A DNA stretch of 21,140 nucleotides from Saprospiraceae bacterium (GTDB taxonomy: Bacteria > Bacteroidota > Bacteroidia > Chitinophagales > Saprospiraceae). The DNA lies in the NCBI GenBank assembly GCA_028285545.1, contig JANQPA010000119.1, positions 1-21,140 on the forward strand, read 5' to 3'. This document shows positions 1 to 7,238 of the stretch, piece after piece (within the stretch, counting starts at the first letter, position 1; the number at the start of each line of letters is the position of its first letter). A program made the position numbers and the translations under genes. A model generated the notes under the pieces. It saw nothing but the letters and a program-made list of their open reading frames with translations. It ran no database searches and was not told the origin of the DNA.

Positions 1-64
1 TACCAGACTACCAGACTACCAGACTACCAGACTACCAGACTACCAGACTACCAGACTACCAGAC
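1..64. repeat. Perfect tandem array of the 8-bp unit TACCAGAC (8 copies), truncated by the window start
   Basis: Direct reading: taccagac repeated 8 times from position 1 to 64, then tactat. The same octamer family recurs at 17976-18046 and as a solo near 15785. Confidence 0.9.
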
Positions 65-198
65 TACTATAACCCCATACTTCACTCCCTTCATTTCCCT
101 TTTCACTACAATGAAATGTTTTTAGGAGGAAAGGTATTGCATCTTTGGGGTGTTAATAACCTCAATAACCTTATTTAAATCAAAATAAACCAAACCAA

Positions 199-684
199 AT
201 GAAAAATTCAATCTTAATTTTAGCAGCCATTTTTTCAATTAGCTTATTCACTTTCAGTTGTCAAAAGGAGGATGTTACTTCCAAAGAAGAAAATACAGAA
301 CACTTTTTCAAATGTAAAATGGATGGGCAGGATTATGTGATCAAAGGTTCCGTACTGGCCTATGGTGTAAAATGGGACACTGATTATGCCGTTTATGGTG
401 TTTCAAATCTTAATGCCGATCAGGCTATGTATGTAAACATTAGCGATGACCTAGGTGTAGGCACCCATCAGTTGGATGATTTGGATACTTATGCTTTAGT
501 TTCATTAGCAGATGGTAGTGCCTGGAGTACCTACTGGGGCGACGGTTCAGGTACAGTCACCATTACGGAAAAAACAGTTACCGGTGTTCGAGGAACTTTC
601 TCTTTCACAGTTTATAATGCAGATGATATCAATGAAAAAATGGAGATTACTGAAGGATCTTTTAATGTAGCTTTTAGAGAATAA
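199..684 (+). CDS. hypothetical small lipoprotein (161 aa)
   Basis: N-terminal signal peptide with a lipobox-like Cys (LFTFSC-QKE). The mature part is beta-rich (Y/V/T/G-rich). Followed by a strong hairpin plus T-tract. Confidence 0.7.
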   Translation: MKNSILILAAIFSISLFTFSCQKEDVTSKEENTEHFFKCKMDGQDYVIKGSVLAYGVKWDTDYAVYGVSNLNADQAMYVNISDDLGVGTHQLDDLDTYALVSLADGSAWSTYWGDGSGTVTITEKTVTGVRGTFSFTVYNADDINEKMEITEGSFNVAFRE

Positions 685-695
685 AAAGTTTTGAA

Positions 696-740
696 AATAA
701 GTAGTCGTCGGAGACGGCTACTTATTTTATTATTTTATTT
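696..740. terminator. Rho-independent terminator hairpin shared by the convergent genes 199-684(+) and 722-1237(-)
   Basis: aataagtagtcgtc-gga-gacggctacttatt forms a 14-bp stem with one mismatch, followed by ttattattttattt. Confidence 0.7.
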
Positions 741-1237
741 ATCTCATTTACCAATTCCTCCTCAGTCTTACCCACATTTTCTATTCTAAAATCAGTTTTC
801 CGGTTCATTTTTCTGACCGCTTCATTGATTTGTAAAACCTGATCATCAGAAACATTGATATGAATAGATTGATCTCTGCTTTTAACTCTTTGCAGACACA
901 ATTGGGCTGGCACTTCAATACCTATTGTGATCAAATTAAAATCTGATTTAAGGTTTTGATACATTTTTTCAAAAAAAGGAGTCAGGCCTGTTGATTCAAA
1001 AACAATCTCATCCAGATTTTCCAGTGATTTTCTAATTCCTCCTTCGATGGCAGCAAAAACGTCTCTGAGATAATCTTCATTATTTATACTACGATCTTTT
1101 TTCACGGCTTTTGCCCAATCCTCAACTCTCAAAAAAGTTATTCCAAAATGTCGATCCATTAGAGTGCCAATAAATGATTTTCCGCTTCCTTTAGGACCAA
1201 TCAGTAGGTATATTGTTTTTGATGGATGGAGTTTCAT
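722..1237 (-). CDS. P-loop NTPase / small AAA-type kinase-like ATP-binding protein (171 aa)
   Basis: Walker A motif GPKGSGKS near the N-terminus. The size and layout match small nucleoside or shikimate/gluconate-kinase-like P-loop proteins. Confidence 0.75.
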   Translation of the reverse strand: MKLHPSKTIYLLIGPKGSGKSFIGTLMDRHFGITFLRVEDWAKAVKKDRSINNEDYLRDVFAAIEGGIRKSLENLDEIVFESTGLTPFFEKMYQNLKSDFNLITIGIEVPAQLCLQRVKSRDQSIHINVSDDQVLQINEAVRKMNRKTDFRIENVGKTEEELVNEINKIIK

Positions 1238-1252
1238 TTTCGATAATAAAAA

Positions 1253-2554
1253 TTAAAAAGGTACGAGTGAATTATCTTTGAAAGGGATGTTCTTACTTTT
1301 TAGTTCAAACTTTTGAATTTCGCCATAGTCGGTAAAAATGAACTTAACAACTTTGAGAGCTCCTATTTTTTCCCTGTGTTTATGTTTGAAAACTTGTTTT
1401 GTGCCCACTTGGATAGACAACTCACTTTTTTCATTTGAAATCTCTACAGGAAACGAATGGTCAAAATTATAGGAGAGATTTGAGAGGTCATTGGTTTTAC
1501 CAGAGATGACCTCGTTCCCACATTTTATTGCTGTGAGTCCATGGCAGCCCTCAAAGCTTATTGGTATTCGCATCGCACCCATTTGACCTTTTAGAAGAAT
1601 GTCTACTTGATGGCAGGTTTTTCGTAAAGGGTCGGCGTAAATTTTAAGTTGGGTACTTAATTTAAAATGATCTCCAGATACTTTTTCCAGGGATTTATTG
1701 GATAGGGTAAATACAGGAAATATTTCCCTTTCATCTTGTAATTGATATTTGCTTTCTAATTGTTTAGAAATAGAAAGGTAATTCGGTCCAACAAAATCAG
1801 ACCTGTTAACATAAATAGGATTAGAGTCAAAGGAAGACTTCATTATAAGACCATGCCATTCGGGAGTTGTTATGTGAACAAACTTTTTGCTTAGTATTTG
1901 ATTGTCTTTTGTTAAAATTTTGGCCTCATGAAAATCTGGATAAAAATAGGTGCCGGTGTAATAGCTTTTGGAAGGGTCAAGAATTGTTCGCTCATAGGGG
2001 TTCCAGGAAAGTTCTATAGACAGTTCCTGATTTATTTTTTTTATATCATAATTAAATCCTATGGTTGCGGGTATTCCCTCAGCTTCCTCTTTTTCCGGAT
2101 GAAATGATATCAACTGTGACAGCTCTTTTTCATTCGTTAATACCATCCAGGCAGCTGCCATACCGACCATTATTATTAAAAATAAAAAGATGAGTCCTTT
2201 TTTTAGAGGACTTGTGGAATTGCCCTTGGGCACTGAAGGTTGTGATCTTTTGAAGTCATGCCAACTTTCAAAATCGATGGCCTGTGCCAGGGCATCCAGT
2301 GTTTTAATCTGTGGGGTTCTTTGATTCTGATCTGACCAAATTCTTCGCAAGGTAGCTGTACTAAGTGCGATTCCTGATTTTTCGAATACTCTTTTTTTTA
2401 AGTATTCAAAATCCCGCTGGGTAAGGACTTCACCGTGTAGATTTAAACTTAGAGCAATATTCTTTTTGCAAATTTCCAGATACTGGGCATCGCTCCAACC
2501 CTGTCTTTGATCCACTTGCAAAGGTTTTGAAAAGGATTTGAAAACCATGATCAT
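1253..2554 (-). CDS. membrane-anchored XRE-family HTH transcriptional regulator with a ~300-aa extracytoplasmic domain (433 aa; true start may be Met3 at 2548)
   Basis: N-terminal Cro/C1-type HTH signature (SGIALSTATLRRIWSDQNQRTPQIKTLDALAQAI). One hydrophobic TM helix (GLIFLFLIIMVGMAAAWMVL), then a large C-terminal domain with no recognisable motif. Confidence 0.65.
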   Translation of the reverse strand: MIMVFKSFSKPLQVDQRQGWSDAQYLEICKKNIALSLNLHGEVLTQRDFEYLKKRVFEKSGIALSTATLRRIWSDQNQRTPQIKTLDALAQAIDFESWHDFKRSQPSVPKGNSTSPLKKGLIFLFLIIMVGMAAAWMVLTNEKELSQLISFHPEKEEAEGIPATIGFNYDIKKINQELSIELSWNPYERTILDPSKSYYTGTYFYPDFHEAKILTKDNQILSKKFVHITTPEWHGLIMKSSFDSNPIYVNRSDFVGPNYLSISKQLESKYQLQDEREIFPVFTLSNKSLEKVSGDHFKLSTQLKIYADPLRKTCHQVDILLKGQMGAMRIPISFEGCHGLTAIKCGNEVISGKTNDLSNLSYNFDHSFPVEISNEKSELSIQVGTKQVFKHKHREKIGALKVVKFIFTDYGEIQKFELKSKNIPFKDNSLVPF

Positions 2555-2607
2555 CCAATTTTATTCTGCAATTGCACACCTTGCCTAAAAATAAATAAAA
2601 TAGAAGA

Positions 2608-3765
2608 ATGAAAACACTTAACTGTTATTTTATGGCATTGGGCATTTGTTGTATGTGTGTCAATGTCCAATTTGCGCAAACTTTAAATCTTAAATGGAAA
2701 AAAAATGTTGGAGAAAGAATCATTGCCGCTCCTTTAACCCATGAGGGGAAGATTTTTATTGGGGATGAGGCAGGTGTTTTTTTTGCTTTGGACCTAAAAA
2801 CGGGAACGGAAAGATGGCGTTACCAAACGAATGGTAATATCCAAGCCAAAGCCCTTTTGGTAGAGGATCATGTTTTTTTTGAGTCAGCTAATAAGTTTTA
2901 TCTCCTGGATGGCGCTACCGGAAAGCAAAAATGGGTGTTCGATTCTAAAATGAAAGCCTTTAATTTTAAATATCAGGATAGGGAATATCCTTATAAAATT
3001 GATCCTTATGATGATAAAAGATCAATAGGCACTTATCATGATGGAAAAATTTTTGTGGGATGCGGAAATGGCTCCCTTTATGCTTTAAGTGCTTCCTCGG
3101 GAAAGGTGGAAATGAAATTAAAGACTATTGAGTCTTCACCCATTCGTTCCTCTCCCTATATCCATGATGATAAACTATATTTTGGCGATTGGAACGGCAT
3201 GGTATATTGTTATGATTTAGAAAAAAAAGAGTTGTTGTGGACTAAAAAAACATATCGCGGAGGAAAGCCTTACGGCACCTTTGGAGGAGTAGTTTCTGAA
3301 TTCTTAGTACATGATGGGTTGCTTTTTTTTGGTGCCCGGAATTATATGCTGAATACTTTGTTGGCCGATTCGGGTGAAAAAGAATGGACTTATACCGATC
3401 CGCAAGGGGGGTGGATGATTGGTGACCCGGTGATATTTAAGGACACCTTATACCTTGGTGGTTCTGATAATCTTAGCATGTTTGCTTTTAACCCGGCTAT
3501 AGGTCGAATTATTTGGAAGCAAAAGGGTGGTAAGAATATTTATACAAAGCCAGTGGTTAATGAAAAATATCTCATTTATACAGCAGGTAATGGTTATGAT
3601 GCAAAAGATAGTGGGAAAATCTTTTTGCTGAATCGTAAAGATGGAAAAGTGATAGATGAAATGGAGACACCTATGGGAATATTTTCTTCTCCTGTATTAG
3701 TAGAGGATCAGATTGTTTTTGGGTGTTATGATGGCAATGTGTATTGCTTGAGCTTGAAAGAATAG
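2608..3765 (+). CDS. secreted PQQ-like beta-propeller repeat protein (385 aa)
   Basis: Signal peptide ending in VQFAQT. Repeated blade motifs typical of PQQ/BamB-like propellers: GKQKWVF, GNGSLYAL, GMVYCYDLEKKELLW, DGNVYCLSL. Confidence 0.8.
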   Translation: MKTLNCYFMALGICCMCVNVQFAQTLNLKWKKNVGERIIAAPLTHEGKIFIGDEAGVFFALDLKTGTERWRYQTNGNIQAKALLVEDHVFFESANKFYLLDGATGKQKWVFDSKMKAFNFKYQDREYPYKIDPYDDKRSIGTYHDGKIFVGCGNGSLYALSASSGKVEMKLKTIESSPIRSSPYIHDDKLYFGDWNGMVYCYDLEKKELLWTKKTYRGGKPYGTFGGVVSEFLVHDGLLFFGARNYMLNTLLADSGEKEWTYTDPQGGWMIGDPVIFKDTLYLGGSDNLSMFAFNPAIGRIIWKQKGGKNIYTKPVVNEKYLIYTAGNGYDAKDSGKIFLLNRKDGKVIDEMETPMGIFSSPVLVEDQIVFGCYDGNVYCLSLKE

Positions 3766-3786
3766 TTGTTTTATATAACTGTATTA

Positions 3787-3874
3787 TACCCTTTAGGTGT
3801 CTGGAATTCAACATTTATGTTGAAAATTGTATACCAACCGGCTAAAGCCTGTTGTCCAGACACCCTAAAGGGTA
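3787..3874. repeat. Long imperfect inverted repeat (about 19-bp arms, about 50-nt loop with nested small palindromes) between convergent genes. Likely a bidirectional terminator or REP-like element.
   Basis: taccctttaggtgtctgga (3787-3805) pairs with tccagacaccctaaagggta (3855-3874), with a single-base bulge. The loop contains caacatttatgttg and ggctaaagcc palindromes. Confidence 0.6.
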
Positions 3875-3901
3875 TAGTACAATTACAATTAATATAGGGG
3901 A

Positions 3902-5599
3902 TTACATTTTTTTATACACCGCATGAGGATCGCTATTCACCAAAAAACCATCCTGCTTGAACTGAAGGAATGCAGTAGTCTCATATTTTATATTCCAGGT
4001 CATAAACTCATTTTCTCCTATGGGAATGAGAAAGGCTTCAAACCTTTCGGGAATATAATAGGGGTGGAGAGCTATTCGCCCATTGGGTATGCGGGTAGCT
4101 CTAAGGAGGAAGGGGCCATTCTCAAATTTTAATTCCATGAAAATTTGTATTTCCAATTCGCCTTGATAAAAATAGGGGCGTTTGTGTAAGATTTTCATGC
4201 TCTTATATTTTCCATATCCCGCTTTTAATTGATTCCAAACGCTGCTATACTGAACTTTGAATCGATCGAATAAACCTTCAAAAAATACATCCTTTAGAGG
4301 TTCAAAATCATTCCTGTTGATATGATCTATAGTAAATTCAAGTTGATCATCCTTTTCTGAAGCCCATTTTTCTTCATCAGGGAATAAAAGATTTCTGATT
4401 AGCTTGGTATCGGTTGTTCTTAGTTTAATTTGGTTAGAAATTTTGCCTGCTGAAATGTTAGCACTTGAATTACCAATTTGATATTTTCCGAAGTGTTTTT
4501 CTAAATTCACTGCACTAGCCTTATATGGAGAACTAGGAGGAAACTTGGTATAACCACCAAAAACAATAGACTCAACTTCTTGCATAATGTTCTCATGCCG
4601 AAGAGTCTCATTCATATTGGTATTGCCAAGGAAAATAACTACTAAATCTTCTTCTACAAAATGATAGAAACCAGTGACCATACCCAACCAACTATCATAA
4701 CCACCGTGATAAATCAATTGAGTACCACGAATGGTTTTTCGGACATTCCAACCGTAGGCATAATTATCCTTCTCAACTTTTAATAATTTTTGCTTTGATT
4801 TTTCAGTCAATAATTTATTAGAATGAAAAATTAGCTGATACCATTTATACATATCTTCGACGGTGGACAGGGTTACTGTAAATGGCCAGCTGAGTGGATT
4901 AGAAGACAATTTTAAGTCTGTATTAGAAACAGGCCAGTCCATGTATTGAGCTACCTGACCTTTTTTCCATTTTATGGATTTATTACCGGTATACCTCATC
5001 CCATTGGGTTTGAAGATATCTTCCACCAAAAACTGGATTCTAGGCTTTCCGGTTTTCAACTCAATAATTTTTGCTAAAATATCATAGCCAAAATTGGAAT
5101 AGCTAAAGGTCGTTCCAGGCTTATATTCCAGATCCTTTTCCAGCACTTTTGCAATAAATTGAGAGAAACTCAAATCTCTGTATTCTTTGTTATCCCAGTA
5201 AGCATTTCTCAATCCAGAAGTATGAGTTAATAATTGATGAATAGTAATTTCGGATTTATCTGTTGGGACATTAGACAAATGATCATCAATTTTATCATTA
5301 GTATTTAGAAGTCCCCTTTGTTCTAAAGTTAATATAGCCACAGCTGTGAACTGCTTCATAATGGATGCAATAGAATAGGCAGGCATTGAATTTAGAGTAG
5401 CTTCTTCGTTTCCGTAATTATTTTTAAAAATAATACCCTCCTTATTCCCAATGAGTAAACTTCCTGATAGGCCAAAAGCTTCCAGCTTTTTGAAATAGGT
5501 ATCAATAGCTTTGGCTGAAGAGGGAAGCGCATCTTGAGCAAAGGTATTTGTATGTACCAGGCATAGGGTGACCACTAAAGTAGTGACAAACTGCTTCAT
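3902..5599 (-). CDS. beta-lactamase-family serine hydrolase (PBP4/AmpC-like fold) with a ~200-aa C-terminal extension (565 aa)
   Basis: Signal peptide. S-x-x-K motif (ASIMKQF), Y-x-N motif (YSNFGY) and HGG (KTG-equivalent, HGGYDSW), correctly ordered. An extra C-terminal domain of unknown function follows. Confidence 0.85.
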   Translation of the reverse strand: MKQFVTTLVVTLCLVHTNTFAQDALPSSAKAIDTYFKKLEAFGLSGSLLIGNKEGIIFKNNYGNEEATLNSMPAYSIASIMKQFTAVAILTLEQRGLLNTNDKIDDHLSNVPTDKSEITIHQLLTHTSGLRNAYWDNKEYRDLSFSQFIAKVLEKDLEYKPGTTFSYSNFGYDILAKIIELKTGKPRIQFLVEDIFKPNGMRYTGNKSIKWKKGQVAQYMDWPVSNTDLKLSSNPLSWPFTVTLSTVEDMYKWYQLIFHSNKLLTEKSKQKLLKVEKDNYAYGWNVRKTIRGTQLIYHGGYDSWLGMVTGFYHFVEEDLVVIFLGNTNMNETLRHENIMQEVESIVFGGYTKFPPSSPYKASAVNLEKHFGKYQIGNSSANISAGKISNQIKLRTTDTKLIRNLLFPDEEKWASEKDDQLEFTIDHINRNDFEPLKDVFFEGLFDRFKVQYSSVWNQLKAGYGKYKSMKILHKRPYFYQGELEIQIFMELKFENGPFLLRATRIPNGRIALHPYYIPERFEAFLIPIGENEFMTWNIKYETTAFLQFKQDGFLVNSDPHAVYKKM

Positions 5600-5629
5600 T
5601 TTTTTTGATTTTTATAGATTAAAAAGAGA

Positions 5630-5675
<46 letters not shown>

Positions 5676-5694
5676 ATATTACATATAACTCCCA

Positions 5695-6645
5695 TCATTT
5701 CGATTCATCAATCAATATACTTTCACTTAAGTCAATTGCTTGTCCATTATAATCAGTAGTCCAACCAAACTTGACCTTAAAAGAACCTTCTCTGGCAACG
5801 TTGACAATAATATTACTGGCGATATCAGTTCCTGGAATGCTCATCGTAATTTTAAAATCCCGGACCAGGAACAATTCTTTTGTTTTTCTTTTCTTTTGAT
5901 GGTGGACCCTGTACCAATAATCGATCCCAGCTTTTTTGGCTAATTCATAGACTCTTCTGAAATCCGATTCCGTAGAATATTCATTCAGGGTGAACACTTT
6001 TTCTGTGCTGTCAACTTTTGATTGATCTGAATCAGAATTTAATATTAAATCCCTCTCTTCAGGATTAGACTTTTGAGTTGCAGAGATTTTCTCCTCTACT
6101 TTTTGGCTGTTTTCTATTTCGAAAAGATCTGCAGTTTCGGTAAAAAAAGACTGTGGAAGGTCCCTAAAAGTAATTTTTGTTCCCGAGTTCATATTGTTAG
6201 TTAGGGTATCGGTATCAAGAGAGATAAGGAAGGTATCAATTTGCTTTCTTTTGTCATCATTAGTATTTCTAGGCTTTTCTTTAGGTCCATCTTTTACTTG
6301 ATCAGCTACTTTTCTGTCTTCTAATTCTATTTTTGGCTCATTTCCCTGAGCAAGGATTATTTTGGTATTATCGGAGTATACGTCGGTTATGGTTTCTTTA
6401 TTGAGGTTCTGATTATTTGTATTATAGCTCAGAAATACGGTGGTACCAATTAAAACTGCGGTGCTTGTAATAAAAAGGCTGGTTTTATTAATTATATTTT
6501 TAAAAATTCCGTTGCTCCATTTAGTTATTCCTCCTCCGGATATGCTTGTAGAAAATCTTTTGCTTACCTCATCGAAAGAAAGCTTGGGCTCCTGCGATTT
6601 AGCAGACTGAAATAATTCATCTAGTGGGCGCTCTCTTTTATTCAT
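5695..6645 (-). CDS. putative anti-sigma factor (single-pass membrane protein, 316 aa)
   Basis: The ATGA start/stop overlap with the upstream ECF sigma gene indicates translational coupling. A short cytoplasmic N-terminus is followed by one TM helix (SLFITSTAVLIGTTVFLSY) and an extracytoplasmic domain. Confidence 0.7.
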   Translation of the reverse strand: MNKRERPLDELFQSAKSQEPKLSFDEVSKRFSTSISGGGITKWSNGIFKNIINKTSLFITSTAVLIGTTVFLSYNTNNQNLNKETITDVYSDNTKIILAQGNEPKIELEDRKVADQVKDGPKEKPRNTNDDKRKQIDTFLISLDTDTLTNNMNSGTKITFRDLPQSFFTETADLFEIENSQKVEEKISATQKSNPEERDLILNSDSDQSKVDSTEKVFTLNEYSTESDFRRVYELAKKAGIDYWYRVHHQKKRKTKELFLVRDFKITMSIPGTDIASNIIVNVAREGSFKVKFGWTTDYNGQAIDLSESILIDESK

Positions 6646-7166
6646 GACGGATTATTTTTATTTAATTGGGAAAGAGGAGCAGGGTTCAGTAGCTGAGTCA
6701 GTTTTTTTCGGCCCCGCACAAGCCTTTGTTTTACCACAGAAATAGAAACATCATGTAATTCAGCAATTTCTTTAATAGAAAAACCTGTAATTTCAAATAA
6801 AATGAGGCTCTCTTTTTGAGTTTCAGGAAGCTTAGCAAGAGCTTGATAGAGCAGGTGAACATCAGCATCCCTATCCGTACGAATATCACTTGATACATTC
6901 AAAATCTGTTCACTATCGTGATAGCTAAGCTCTTTTTTTTTCTTATTATAATTTGATAGTACCCTGAGGCAAATGCTAAATAAATAGGAAAGAAATGCTT
7001 TTTCTGATTTTAACTCGTGAAACTTTTGGAAGGCAATAACCAGGGTGTCATTCATCAAATCACCGTACTCCATTTGTCCAAACACCCTTGCCCTGCAAAA
7101 ACGTTCAAATCGGTCATGAACCGGTTTGTAGAGTGATAAAAATTTCTTTTGCCTTTTAGTGTTCAT
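6642..7166 (-). CDS. RNA polymerase ECF-type sigma-70 family sigma factor (174 aa)
   Basis: Region 2 (DLMNDTLVIAFQKF) and region 4.2 HTH (FSIKEIAELHDVSISVVKQRLVRGRKKL). The size is typical of ECF sigma factors. Confidence 0.85.
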   Translation of the reverse strand: MNTKRQKKFLSLYKPVHDRFERFCRARVFGQMEYGDLMNDTLVIAFQKFHELKSEKAFLSYLFSICLRVLSNYNKKKKELSYHDSEQILNVSSDIRTDRDADVHLLYQALAKLPETQKESLILFEITGFSIKEIAELHDVSISVVKQRLVRGRKKLTQLLNPAPLSQLNKNNPS

Positions 7167-7238
7167 CTGTAATACTGCTTACTTACTGTAGTAGGTGTAG
7201 TAAAGTAGCAAAAAGTGACATTTAGCGGCAAATTTTTT

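Noticed and set aside
1-64. Possible CRISPR array, considered for the short tandem repeats at 1-64, 5634-5675 and 15691-15722
   Set aside because: The units are 7-8 bp and directly abutting with no spacers. No cas genes are present. These are simple tandem repeats.
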